Source of the DNA: Octopus vulgaris
Lineage: Eukaryota
Reading direction: 5' to 3'
NCBI GenBank assembly: GCA_951406725.2
Contig: OX597816.1
Span: 45,570,001 to 45,634,000, forward strand
Length of the DNA: 64,000 nt
A program made the translations under genes and the position numbers. Each line of letters begins with the position of its first letter. Positions within the stretch are counted from its first letter, which is position 1. Shown here piece after piece: positions 1 to 13,137 of this stretch. Under the pieces are notes generated by a model. It saw nothing but the letters and a program-made list of their open reading frames with translations, was not told the origin of the DNA and did not search any database.

Positions 1-375
<375 letters not shown>

Positions 376-1062
376 TACCAATTATATGTATTTGCACCTA
401 AACACAATGTCAGGTGTGCAATCATAATTGTCATCATACGTCTGTTTTCCATACTGGCATGGGTTGGACAGTTTGACAAGAGCTAACCAGCTGCAGAGCT
501 GCCCAGGTTTCAATTGTCTGTTTTGGTATAGTGTCTATGGCTGGATACCCTTCCTAATACCAACCACTTCACAGAGTGTACTGGCTGCATTTTAATTAGC
601 ACTGGCACTTTTACATGACACCGGCACACATGCTTTTATGTGGCATCAGCTTGGGTGCTTTTACATGACACTGACAATCAGTTGTATATAAACACACAAT
701 ACATCCCAGCTTCAACTGATATTTCCCACATTCTGTTAATATTCCTGAAGATGGCCACATGCTTGTTCGTAAGCTTGAGATGCAACTTTGTGTTTTTTCT
801 TCTGCAGTATCTCTCTACTAATTCATTGAAGTTTTTGTTTCCTATTGCAGTATAAAATGTGCTGAATAAGTCATTCTCTACCGTATTCATGGGATTCTAA
901 ACAGAAAGACATCGGAGAAGAAATATATCTTTTATCCTTTAACATCCACTTTTCCATGCTTGCATGGGTCAGACAAAATTTGTAGAGTCAGATTTTCTAT
1001 AGCCAGATGCCCTTTATGTCGCCAGCCCTCATTTGTTTCCTAGCAAGGTAATATTTCCCAAT

Positions 1063-1295
1063 AAGGCAGCGAGCTGGCAGAAACGTTAGCACACTGGGCG
1101 AAATGCTTAGCGGTATTTCGTCTGCCGTAACATTCTTAGTTCAAATTCCACCGAGGTCAACATTGCCTTTTGTCCTTTCGGGATCGATAAATTAAGTACC
1201 AGTTACGCACTGGAGTTGATGTAATTGACTTAATCTTTTTGTCTGTCCCTGTTTGTCCCCTCTACGTTTGGCCCCTTGTGGGGAATAAAGAAATT
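1063..1295 (+). mobile_element. SINE family B (Meta/MESC-like central domain) with target-site duplication
   Basis: aaggcggcgagctggcagaa head, gagttcaaattcc-type B box, cctttcggggtcgataa core. TSD aaggtaatatttcccaa on both sides. Confidence 0.88.
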
Positions 1296-1899
1296 AAGGT
1301 AATATTTCCCAAAGTCCAGACATGGGTTTCGCTGAAGACTGGAAACAAACAACTTCAATGTCACTTGTATGATGATGATGATGCTCATCTAAAATTATCA
1401 TGTAATGTCTAGACATGGGTACATACAAACACTCACATGCATACACACACACACACACACACACACATACATATATATGTGCCAGTTTCGCTGTGTGGTA
1501 AGAAGCTTGCTTCCCAACCACATGGTGCAGGGTTCAGTCCCACTGAGTGACACCTTCAGCAAGTGTCTTCTACTCTAGCCTCAGGCTGACCAAAGCCCCT
1601 TGTGAATGGATTTTGTAGACGGAAACTGAAAGAAGCCCATCATGTATGTGTGTGTGTATGTGGTATGTGTCTTTATGTCTGTGTTTGTCCTCAACCACCA
1701 CTTTCGCAACCAGTGCTGGTGTGTTTATGTCCTAGTAACTTAGTGGTTTGGCAAAAGAGACCAATAAGAATACATACCAGCTTTAAAATATAAGCATTGG
1801 GGTCAATTCCTTTGACTAAAATTCTGCAAGGTGGTGCCGCTAAAAGGAAATAAAAGATATACACAACAGACTTCTTTCAGTTTCCATCTACCAAAGCCA

Positions 1900-1938
<39 letters not shown>

Positions 1939-2110
1939 AAATTATATAGGAAAATACGCACACTTACATAGTTTTAATATAATTTTTAATATATCGACCA
2001 GTTTCGCTATCGCTATTCATGATATTATGTTTTATTTATTTGAATATATATCTTTTCTTCTTACAACTCACCATGTGGGGATAATCGAAATTCCTCTTTT
2101 CTGTTACTAC

Positions 2111-2145
<35 letters not shown>

Positions 2146-2148
<3 letters not shown>

Positions 2149-2557
2149 CACTGGATTAACCAATAAGCAAAATAAGCACATACTTAAGGGAAGGAGAGTG
2201 CACCACAGAAATGGTAAATGGTTTATGGTACAAAAGAAATCATTTTAAACTTGCTAAAATAATATTCGGGATGCCTTTATCTTTACTAAATATAGATGCA
2301 GATGTATTAACCTAAGGTTAATTTTGAGAATCTGGTCAAAGACTTTGCAATTTAAAAAAGTAGGAGGAAACTATTCAAATATAAATAAAGTGGAAAGATA
2401 CAAAAATAAACATTATTTTCCCCTCTTACTGTTTTGTTTCGTTTTGAAAAATAAAATTTTATGTTATGGTTTGTTATTGTTTATATTTTAATTTTTTATG
2501 GGGGGCACCAAAATCTTTTAAGTGCTTAGGGCCTTGATGGGTCTTAATCTGGCCCTG
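2146..2557. mobile_element. Non-autonomous DNA transposon (hAT-like MITE)
   Basis: Imperfect TIRs cagcactggattaa / ttaatctggccctg, subterminal aagcac/gtgctt, flanked by (TA)n. Confidence 0.65.
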
Positions 2558-2769
2558 TCTATATATATATTCTCTTTTACTCTTTTACTTGTTTCAGTCA
2601 TTTTGACTGAAACAAGTAAAAGTCGAGTAAATCAACCCCTAGACTTATTCTTTGAAAGCCTAGTACTTATTTTATCAGTCTCTTTTGCCGAACCACTAAG
2701 TTACGGGTCATAAACACACCAGCATTGGTTGTCAAGCAATGTTGGGGACAAACACAGACACACAAACAT

Positions 2770-2800
<31 letters not shown>

Positions 2801-3163
2801 CATGCATATTTACGATGGGCTTCTTTCAGTTTCTGTCTACCAAATCCACTCACAAAGCTTTAGTCAGCTCAATGTTATAGTAGAAGACACTTTCCCAAGG
2901 TGCCACACAGTGGGACTGAACCCAGAACCATGTGGTTGGTAAGCAAGCTACTTACCACAGAGACACTCCTACGCCTATATATATTCATAAGCATATATGG
3001 GTACAAAGAAAAAAATGGAAAACAGGGCAGTTGTCAGCTGTCTATCTAGGATAACCAATGTGGTTACCTCACATATAAAGAATATTTATCCACCAATGTG
3101 TGTGTGTGGAGGGGGTACATCTGCATGTGTGTGATACTGATGTGCTTTTCTTTCTGTATTCAG

Positions 3164-3282
3164 GTCTAATGCAAACAAACCTATTATGACAGAATTAATC
3201 AAGAATGGTGTAAACTGTATGCTGAGGAAACTAAATGTTGGAGATTTTCTTTGGGTAGCAAAATCCAAACACTCACAGAATG
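3164..3282 (+). CDS. MUS81: MUS81 structure-specific endonuclease, internal exon A (start of ERCC4 domain; upstream exons outside the window or not detected)
   Basis: Acceptor tttctgtattcag| and donor |gtatgt. Translates SNANKPIMTELIKNGVNCMLRKLNVGDFLWVAKSKHSQN, matching the MUS81 RKLxVGDF(V/L)W motif. Phase is compatible with exon B. Confidence 0.92.
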
Positions 3283-3472
3283 GTATGTATATGTAGATGT
3301 ATGCGAGTGTGTGTGTGTGCGTACATGCATGTGTGTGTGTAAGTGTGTATGCACATGTGTGTGTGCATGCGTGTTTGTATGTGTGCATGTGTGTGATTTT
3401 TTCTGTTTGTATGTCTGTTTCGCATTCTCTATCTCTGCTTTCTTCCTCTTCTCTCTCTCTCTCTCTCTCTCG

Positions 3473-3503
<31 letters not shown>

Positions 3504-4348
3504 GGTTACCGTGGTCCTTTCCGTACACTTTTCTTTCCACGGATAAACCTTATCTGTTTACCCCTTTACATTTTACACCATGATCGTTTTTTTACCCCTT
3601 TACATTTTACACCATGATCGTTTTTTTCTTTCTTTTTTACGATCCCTTTTGATCAAAAACCTACCCCTTTTTATTTTTCATTTTTTTTCTCTCCAAAAAG
3701 AAAAGCTCTGCTTTGTAATTTATCCCCTCTGTGTTCAGCCCTGTGTGGCTAATAAAGAAACATATCTATCACTATACTTTGTTTTCCATTAAAGAAGTTT
3801 GTTGTAGGTTAAAACTAAATTGAAAAGTGTACCTAATCAATAATTGAAATATTTTGGCTTCTGTTCTCTTCTGAATTTCCTTTGACTTCAGTAACACAAT
3901 ATCACATAGCTCCTTTTTTTTATTTTTCTATGGCTTACCCAGAGGATTGACAACATCCATAACATGCCAACAGGATCTCCAAGACCAGGAAATGGGAGGG
4001 CACAAAAGTGGAGGGAAAAAGGAAAAAGATGAAAAAAGATGATTCTTAGTTGCTGCTATTGAAAGTTGTGAATCAAAACACTGAGGGACCCTCAAAAGCA
4101 AGAGCCCTGGTCTGGATGTTTGCAACTGAGCAGAGTCTCCTACTACCACCAAGTGCTAATTGGTAGTAGTAGTAGGAGGAGGAGGAGGTGACAGTGAAGG
4201 CAACTGTGTGAAGAGATTAATTTTAGCCTCTTATAATGGATATTTTCCATGCACATAACCAAGATGTATCATATATTGTGCCTCTCAAGGTATCCTCCAG
4301 CCTACCAATTCCTGTTCAACCATTAACTTACCTAAGATAAACTATATT

Positions 4349-4586
4349 AAAGGCGGCGAGCTGGCAGAAACGTTAGCACGCCAGGCGAAATGCTTAGCAG
4401 TATTTCATCTGCCACTACTACATTCTGAGTTCAAATTCCTCTGAGGTCGACTTTGCCTTTCGTCCTTTCGGGGTCGATAAATTAAGTACCAGTTATGCAC
4501 TGGGGTCGATGTAATCGACTTTATCCCTTTGTCTGTCCTTGTTTTTCCCCTCTATGTTTAGCCCCTTGTGGGCAATAAAGAAATAA
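4349..4586 (+). mobile_element. SINE family B with TSD
   Basis: Same consensus; TSD aagataaactatatta on both sides. Confidence 0.9.
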
Positions 4587-4814
4587 GATAAACTATATTA
4601 ACTTCAAACATTTATTTCTCTATCTTCACTTTCTTTGTTATGTTGTAGAATGTTCTCTGGTCTTTGGATATTCTTGTTCTTTATATCTCCTCCATTTCCT
4701 CACTGTCTATCTTGACTATTGCCCCCCAAGATAAACAAATCCTTTGATGTCTTCTATATTGTTGTTGCCAGTTCTCACATAAGCTTGTTGTCTGGCATCA
4801 TTCCTTAGGTATGG

Positions 4815-5290
4815 AGAAGCAAAAATATAAATCGCAAAATGAAACTGAAGCTGTTTCAAGACTTTGGTTCAACCAGCATTCCTCTACGGATGTGAAAACT
4901 GGAAAGTGACAAAATGAAAAGAAAAAACAATGGACAGCTTCCAGTTTACATGCTTAAGGAGAACACTTGACATTAAATGATTGCAAAGAGTCTGAAATGA
5001 CAGAATTGAGATGATAACGAGCACCAACGATAACGAGGACCTGTGACAAAATTAGATGGAGATGCTGGAGCCGGGTCAGACACTTACTCAGACAAGATCA
5101 AGAAAGCGATTGTATGGTGACACTAAAGTGGCAGCCTGAGTGGGGAAGGAGCTGCAGGGTACTCTAAAATCAGTGGCGAAGGACCATTGACGAGGAAAGG
5201 AGACAAGAAGGGTGGAGAAGCTGGAACAGCGACGGAACAGTGGTAGAAAAAAAAAACTGGTTGGAGAGATCATGTTGCAGCCTTGTGTGC
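4815..5290 (+). mobile_element. Old RTE-clade LINE 3' remnant
   Basis: Degenerate RWR..HLLRQ..C..LKWQPE..WRRTIDEERRQEGWRSW, typical of an RTE ORF C-terminus. Confidence 0.65.
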
Positions 5291-5494
5291 CCCATGGAAT
5301 GGAGAGAACTATCTTGCCTTTCACTCACTATGGTGCAGAGACCGTCAACAACTGCTCTCCTCTGTTTTGGTTTCAAATTATCATTAATGCTTCTGTAACT
5401 TTGGTTATTACTAGGTAGGGGTGTTGGTTCTACACACAAACCCATTTTCACCTCTGGGAAGTAGTGGTCCATATTAGTCTGGCCTCTATACTTT

Positions 5495-5800
5495 GGAGGC
5501 AAAATGGCCCAGTGGTTAGGGCAGCGGACTCGCATTCGGAGGAACACGGTTTCGATTCCCAGACTGGGCGTTGTGTGTGTTTATTGAGTGAAAACACTTA
5601 AAAGCTCCATGAGGCTCCCGTAGGGGGTGGTGGCAACCCCTGTTGTACTCTTTCGGCACAACTTTCTCTCCCGCTTTCTTCCTGTTTCTTGAGTAATGCT
5701 GCGATGAACTGGTGTCTTGTCCAGCTGGGGGGAACACATACGCCACGGAATCCGGGAAACCGGGCCCATGAGCCTGGCTAGGCTTGAAAAGGACAATTTA
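5495..5800 (+). mobile_element. tRNA-derived SINE family A
   Basis: ggaggcaaaatggcccagtggttagggcagcggactcg...ggtttcgattcccagactgg, a tRNA-like head. Confidence 0.85.
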
Positions 5801-6512
5801 AAAAATTTTTTATGTATACTTTGGTCTGTCCAGCATGGGAGACCCTTAAGGAGTTTATGCTCTGCTGGCATGGCTCACAAAGTTTGAGACACACATGCCA
5901 CCATGTCACAGTAGGAACTGGACCTTGTAGTGGTCTCTCTCTATATATGAAAAACCACTATTACTTATTCTCAAATTAAGTAATAGAAGAAATGTTATAT
6001 ATCTTAACTGTTTTACATTCAAATCGTTGAGCAAGGAGGATGGTTTTTATAAATTCCATATATTTTGTATTCAGTCTAGTGATATCTTAGTTTTGCAAGT
6101 AACATGAGGGCCTCAACTAGTGCTGGTGCCAGGAAAAACACACCCAGTACACTCAGTAAAGAGGGTAACAATATAAAGAGCATCCAGCTGCTGGATTATG
6201 ACTCTTTTGTGGCCACTGGTTATATGAGGGATTAAGATAGATTTAAAAGAATTGCATTGGCAATAGTGAAGATTGTAATACTGATTTACATTAGTGAAAC
6301 TGATACTAATAATAGTTTCCAGTTTTTGGCCCAAGGCCAGCAATTTTAGAGGAAGGGGTAAATTGATTACAACAACACCAGTGCTCGATTCATACTTATT
6401 TTATCAACCCGACAAAAGGATGAAAGGTAAAGTCAAATTTGACGACATTTGAACTCTTAAGTAATGTTAAGAACAGGATTGTTACCAAATTTTTTTTCTT
6501 CTTCCCCTCCAG

Positions 6513-6610
6513 AAAAACCAATTGAACTTGTATTAAATTATATTGTGGAAAGAAAACGAATGGATGATTTATCTAGAAGTATTGTAGATGGCCAGTTTCG
6601 AGAACAAAAA
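6513..6610 (+). CDS. MUS81: MUS81 exon B (catalytic ERKxxxD motif)
   Basis: Polypyrimidine tract ending ctccag| and donor |gtatgt. [32 protein letters not shown] vs recalled human [29 protein letters not shown]. Confidence 0.96.
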
Positions 6611-7735
6611 GTATGTCTGTGTTATTATTGTTATTTTTAAAATGTCTTAATCTTTTTTACTTTATTCTAGACTAAGTTTTCAGAGATTGAGATGATAATT
6701 TCATTCTTATTTCTTTAATTATATTTTGTTATCTGTTTAATTTAGTTTTTGTCATTTTCTAATCTAAAAGATTGCTTGATTTATAATACTCAACATTTTG
6801 AAAGTGCCCAGTAGATAAGAGCTAAATCACTTCTTTAGTAGAATGCTATGGTAGTCAAGTCTGTGTCTGGTTGAAAATATGTTTTATACAGCTCTGAGAT
6901 TTTCAATTGAAGATATGAGCTGCTCTACAAATGCAGACAGAAAAACAAGTATCAACTGAAACTCTGCAAAACCTTACAATTAGACAAACTACAACAGCCA
7001 CTCCAACAGTTCCCTTCACTTACTCAACATACACATGCACATGAACACTCCAGTCAGTAACAAGCAGAAAGATCATATGAACTGAAAGAGTCCTTTAGAT
7101 ATCTAAAGTGAAAATTTTCAAATCTGTCTCACTAAAGATTACTCTTTAACAGCATCAAACATTTTGTGCGTGTGTGTGTAAAAACTGTAAGATGAACTGA
7201 AACTTAAATAATGGACTTTATTTTGCTTGATTTTTATCTTTTCTTTTTTAAAAAATATTTTGTGAAACATTTTCTTAACCACTTTTTTCTATATTGTATG
7301 TATTTCTAACTATGTTATACAGTTCCAGACCAAGCAAACTTACCATCAAAGACATTCCAGCTGTGGCCATCCTCTCTTTTTGTACATCTTCAACTTCACT
7401 GTCCAATGGTTGAAAGGAATTTTAGGGAGATTTGTCTGTTATATCTAGCAGATTGAGTGACCATATAGAGTGTCCTTTGTTAGTCCTTCAAACTTTCACT
7501 TGTAGACAAGGAGATGATATCTACATATTTCTTTTATAAACTCACACATCATGAGTAGATTTACTATATCTGAATAACACCCAAATGTTTAACATTAAGC
7601 AGACTCTAATGATTTTTGACATTTAAAGATCTTAACAATATGGCAAAAAATACATAAAAATTTGGGGGCATTTTTTGTGCAAAAAATTATGTCAACTGTG
7701 ATTGTCTTTTTTTTTTCTTTTCTCTTTACATTCAG

Positions 7736-7852
7736 TTTCGTTTAAAGCAATCTGGCTTAAGCCATGCTATCTATCTCATTGAAAATCATGGTTCAACAAA
7801 ACACCTGAGTGTTTCTGAGGATAAATTAATTCAAGCCATGACAAACACACAG
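7736..7852 (+). CDS. MUS81: MUS81 exon C
   Basis: ttcag| ... |gtaagt. FRLKQSGLSHAIYLIENHGSTKHLSVSEDKLIQAMTNTQ vs recalled human [39 protein letters not shown]. Confidence 0.96.
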
Positions 7853-8009
7853 GTAAGTTGCTTTGTCTTTATGTATTTATTTATTTAAAAAGCATAGGGA
7901 AAATGTAGCACAGTGATTTAGCAGAATCATTAGACATACTTGCCGAACAACCACACAGAGGATTTGTTTATAGTGATCAAATGCTTGCTACACTCATTCA
8001 CAATATGTG

Positions 8010-10205
8010 AGACTGTTTCGCTTCTGCTGCCGCACATCCTACAAAGGGGCAATTCGCTCCTCTTATCTATTTGGAACTTGGTGTAATTAGTTTCCAGAGC
8101 TTGTTCCTGGGTGTTGCATATCGATGCTTCAGTGCATCCTTTCAGATCACTTTATGTTAGCCAGCGCCAAGCGTTGATCTTGTCTTTTCCTTTGATTTAT
8201 CTGAAGTATTGCCCATGCAGTGGTTTCATTTTCCAGTTGTCTACTCTTTCTTGTTTCTTAAATGTTTGTGGGTGCATCACATTTTCAGTAGGTATTGTAT
8301 TGTTAATTCTAACAGCAGCAAGCAACAATTCACTCTGCTGTTTGATGTACCATCCCAGACTGTTCTTGTTGTTGACAATGCAGATCTTGCATCCTATGAG
8401 ACCTCTTCTACCCCTATTTCTAGGCACATGCAGTCTGTCAGTATTGCTTTTAGGGTGTAGTTCCTTGTCATCACTTCTTTAGTTTTTCTGTTCATTTCCT
8501 CTAGCTCGTTCTTTATCCACCTAACAACACCTGCCCTTTATCACATTAAGGAAACAACCTATGTATTTATTGCTCTGATTTTGTTTTTTTATTGAGTCTA
8601 TTTCCATAATTAACCTGGATCTTCTGAGAAATAATTGCCTAAATCTTTCTTTCATTTCACTTTCCTTAATTTTGTCATGTTCTAAAATCCTCAGATACTT
8701 ATATCCATTAGTTTCAATATCCTTGATTTTCTTGGGTAGCTGTACACTATCAGATGATACTACTTTATCTCTTTGTATTTTAAGCACACCACACTTTTTA
8801 GTCCCAAATTCCATTCTGATATCCTTACTGAATATCTGCACTGTTGAAACTAGGCCATTTATTTCACATTCAGCCTTTCCAAAGATCTTTAAACTATCCA
8901 TATATAACAGATGATTTAATTTTCCTCCACTTTTCAAGGTGTACTTTCTGTAGTATCTGTGTGAGGGGTATCATACAAATCACAAACAGCAATGGTATGC
9001 TATCTCCTTGAAATATGCCTCTCTTGATGTTAACCCTTGCCAAAAGTTTTCCACATGAAGTTAACTCTGTATTCCAGTTTTTCATTGATCTCTTAATAAA
9101 ATTTGATATGTTATCAGACACCTGTACCAACTCTAGAATTTCTAAAATACAGGAATGGGCCAACAATGTCATATGCTTTCTTATAACTGATCCACACCAT
9201 GCCCAGATTAGTAAATCCTTTCTTGCAGTCATTCGGTATCATTCTGTCTATCAGAAGTTGGTCTTTTGTCTCTCGACTTTTCCTTCTGCACCCTTTCTGT
9301 TCCACTGGCAGTTTGTCGTTCATTTCCAAGAAGTTATACACATGATTAGATATTATTCCTGTCATCGGCTTTCACATCAGAGGCAGACAGGTGATAGGCC
9401 GGTAATTATCCACTGCATTGCTTTTACTGGGATCCTTTTGCGAAAGAATTGTTTTTACCTGTGGTCAGCCACTTTGGGATCTGTCACCATTGTTGATTAT
9501 TTTATCCATTTGCATGGCTATTCTTCTGTGTAGTGCTGGGAAATTTTTCAGCCACTATCCTTGTACTCCTGTTCCTGGGCATTTCCAGTTTGGGATCTTT
9601 GTTGGTTGTTCGGTTACCATTTCAGTCATTATTCTAATATCGCTCTGTTTCACTTCATGTTTTTCCGACCTTAATTCCTTCAACCATTTAGCATCTTTGT
9701 TATGCTTTCTTCCATTATCCCGGATGTTACTCCGAAACCTTTTACTTCTTCTGCGTCTGGTCTCTCCCTGTTCTTAACCTTTTCATTCAGTTGTTGATAA
9801 ACCCTTTTCTGGTCTTGTAGAAACAATCTGTTGATTTTATTGTTCAATTCTTTGGTCATATCTCTTGATCTTTGTCACTTTAGCCTGCAATCTTTGTTTC
9901 AACTTTTCAAGAACTACATTTAGCCCCTTTTTCTTTATCTTATATCTAAATTCTACTTCCTGACAGTTCTCCTCCATCTTAATTTCACTTTTTTCTTTCT
10001 TTGCAAGATGTTGATATGTCTTCTTAGTTCTTTCATTGATTGTTTTATTCTTCCTTTCCACCAAGGTTCTTTTTCTTCATTCCCACATTTACGGTTTGGT
10101 TCAAAGCCTACCTTATTTCCTATATAGATGATGCAGGCTTTAATCAATCTATTCATTCCGGTTATATTATTTGTCTTGATTTCTTTCAGCATTTTAATTT
10201 TATTA
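8010..10205 (-). mobile_element. Decayed RLE-type non-LTR retrotransposon (R4/Dong-like) RT fragment in a MUS81 intron
   Basis: Frameshifted pieces: [59 protein letters not shown]. Many stops. Confidence 0.85.
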
Positions 10206-10207
10206 TT

Positions 10208-10237
<30 letters not shown>

Positions 10238-10238
<1 letters not shown>

Positions 10239-10790
10239 AGAGAGCAGTGCATGCCATCAAAGTGACACTGGGGTAATATATACGAAGCCCAGTATACCCA
10301 TCATGACTACCCGTCTGATAAGGGTACACAAGGCACATACATCACTACCATATGTGCGCAACATGGTGATCTCATATCAAGATGAACAGTGCATGACCTT
10401 GCAGGTGGGGCCCAGTTAGAATTTTCTTCTTATGGAGTAACCCATCCCGCTCAAAAGGTCCCTGAATAAGGGTTGTTTAAGGATGTTGAACGAAACACCC
10501 ATGTTTCCAGAGGTGAATTATTCAAACCCCAAAGAATCCCCCCTCGACTCATGGCTATGATGCTCCCCCATTACTCCAGCTCATGATCAGAGATGCAGAT
10601 ATCTTCAGCCACTAAGAGACATGGTCAACTGGTTAAGGTCAAACAACTGACAAGCAAATCTGTGGTATTGAGCAGAATATTTGCTGTAGCTTATCTTTTA
10701 TACCAAGACAAAACAATGTACATGATAACACTTCCAATCAGTTAAGATCAGAAGCCACGAGAGCCACTGTCTGGTACTGCATCAGGGCAA
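10238..10790 (-). repeat. Unclassified ~550-bp interspersed repeat bounded by trinucleotide tracts
   Basis: Higher-complexity block between (ATC)n and (GTC/GTT/CTT)n tracts, with no coding signal. Strand is inferred from the (GAT)n tail. Confidence 0.5.
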
Positions 10791-11026
10791 TCGTCGTCGT
10801 CGTGTTGTTGTTGTTGTTCTTCTTCTTCTTCTTCTTCTACTAACAAAATTATTGCCAAAGATCACTACAAAACTATCTTATGGCCAAGTATAAACATCTT
10901 TTTCTTTTACCTTAGTATTATTACTATCGTTATTGTTTTACATATTTATTTATTGTGATATGTTGAATATGTCACCATCTGCTGCACACACCTTATTTTA
11001 TGTCTTAATATTTGTATTCATTCCAG

Positions 11027-11122
11027 GTAATCGATGAATTCAAAGTTAAAAGGACTGAAAATGCTAAGGAGTCTGTTGCTTACCTGACACTGCTAACACG
11101 CTACCTTCAAGGTTATTATTTA
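11027..11122 (+). CDS. MUS81: MUS81 exon D
   Basis: ttccag| ... |gtaagt. [32 protein letters not shown] vs recalled human [31 protein letters not shown]. Confidence 0.95.
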
Positions 11123-11339
11123 GTAAGTGAATTTGCTGTTTTGCACCTCATGTATGTAATCCACTTTCAACATCATAAGTGTGCATGTTATTGGATCTTT
11201 CAGTATGGTATGTGGGATTTGAAAAGTGGCCATTACATCGTTTGTTAAAGCACATATGCATAGAGATGCATGGTCAACCTTAATCAGCTAAAGCTTATAT
11301 AGTAAAGAAGCTCACTTTGTTCTTTCTATCACTGGTCTA

Positions 11340-11612
11340 TATCATCATCATCATCATCATCATCATCGTTTAACATTCGCTTTCCGTGCTGGCATGGGTT
11401 GGACGGTTCAACTGGGGTCTGGGAAGCCAGATGGCTGCACCAGGCCCAGTCTGATCTGGCAGTGTTTCTACAGCTGGATGCCCTTCCTAACGCCAACCAC
11501 TCCATGAGTGTAGTGGGTGCTTTTTATGTGCCACCGGCACAGGTGCCAGACGAGGCTGGCAAATGGCCACGATTGGATGGTGCTTTTTACGTGCCACCGG
11601 CACGGGGTCCAG
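11340..11612 (-). mobile_element. RTE 3'-UTR-only copy (further copies at about 420-670, 16850-17035, 17125-17315, 21115-21380, 38268-38442, 62360-62628)
   Basis: Near identity to 25780-26017, with a (GAT)n tail. Confidence 0.85.
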
Positions 11613-12129
11613 ATATATATATATACTTGAATGTATGTTGAGAGATTGTCATAGCCTGTTTGCCCACAAACGGTTGATTTCTGTAGTTATTATCAGTGAT
11701 TTTTTTGGGCGATACAAATAAGAGTTTTGACTGTTATTTCCAGCAGGTAGACATACTTAGTATGTCCTTTGATTAATTTTAATCTTTCAGCTATTTAATA
11801 CTAAATTGATGACTAAATGGATGACTAAATTACAACAGGTATATAGCCCATTGTCTGTATTATAGTGCATTGTTGTACCATTCAAAATTTTTTATTCTTG
11901 TCCAAAAATAAATAATTGCATCATCAAAATCTTGAAGCTACAAGATAATGCATTATTAATTCAGAACAGTGTGAATAAATAAGCAATGCATTTGACAAAA
12001 TAACCTGAATGCTAAAAAGTTGATACAGATTCAGCTAATGTATCTAATGGGTCGAATGACCACATAGAGGCTCTTTTGTTGGTTTAAGTGTCTGTTTAGC
12101 TCAAGATAACTAAGTGACAATATGCTATG

Positions 12130-12685
12130 CTAGCATGTAAAAGAAAACAAGAAAACAAAAACACTGATATTAAAATTCTGATATAATGAAATTATTGTAT
12201 ACAGTGCTCAGGTGCACCACAACTTGTCAAAAGCATATGCAGTAATGTACAAATGTTTGGGAAGTGAACAGTGTATGAGTCAGATACATGCTTGTGTGTG
12301 TATGGAGGGGAGAAAATCAGGTGTAGTGTTGGCGAATCTCAGGAAGCATGGAAGTTTTGAAGGATGCAGTGCTCCAACAACTAACAACTGATGCCGGCAG
12401 TTTGTTCCATACTTCAGCAACTCTTAGTGTGAAAAAATGTTTCCGAAAGTCATGGGAGCTGTGCTGTTTTCTGATTTTGTAAACATGCTCACGGGTGTTA
12501 GACAGGTGGAGTTTGAAAAGGTGCTCAGAGTTATTGTTAGTAAGATGGTTAATAATTTTATGGATGTCTGCCAAGTCAGTTGCCAGACGTCGGAGTTTCA
12601 GTGTATCCATGCCCAGGGAAGTAAGGCGTTCAGAATATGGCAAATGCCTGATGGAGGGTATTCTCTTGGTTGCACGTTGCTGAAC
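12130..12685 (-). mobile_element. CR1-clade LINE 3' fragment
   Basis: YSERLTSLGMDTLKLRRLATDL...RKHFFTLRVAEVWNKLP (ORF 12317-12643) followed by a 3' UTR. Ends about 75 nt before the exon E acceptor. Confidence 0.88.
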
Positions 12686-12761
12686 GGAATGATGGTAATG
12701 TATTAATTGTTAGATATCACCCACAATTAAATTATTGTTTACATCTGCTCTTGTATTACAG

Positions 12762-12893
12762 AAGAAGACTTTATATGGTAGCAGTGAAGTTGTGAAAGCT
12801 AAACCAGGAGAGAAGATAGACCATAGCTTAGAGAGTGCTTCAGAAATTCTTTGTAATTTTGAAGACTTCAATAACTCTGCTGCAAAGAGCCAG
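12762..12893 (+). CDS. MUS81: MUS81 exon E (linker)
   Basis: ttacag| ... |gttggt. KKTLYGSSEVVKAKPGEKIDHSLESASEILCNFEDFNNSAAKSQ, ending in an FxDFNxxAxK motif as in MUS81. Phase 0 at both ends. Confidence 0.9.
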
Positions 12894-13137
12894 GTTGGTT
12901 TTGATTGCTTTCTTTTATATTTCAGAAATGAAACAATGAAAATGTTATTAAGGTGTTTGACTATTAGTTATTTAAGTTTACACCTGAAGCACAGGCAAGG
13001 CTGTGTGGGTACAGAGTTCAGTTTATTACCTCAGAGTGAACAGAAACTACATGGAAGAAGTTTCTTGAACATCTGCATATCTAGAGAGAGAGAGAGTTCA
13101 GGTAAAATTATGTCTAATGGTGTAATGTAATGAGTAT

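Noticed and set aside
5497-5570. tRNA gene
   Set aside because: It has A and B boxes but continues into a SINE body and is multicopy, so it is a SINE head.
12735-13130. 131-aa ORF as a standalone gene
   Set aside because: Only 12762-12893 is MUS81 exon E; the rest is intron read-through. The same applies to ORF 11012-11248.
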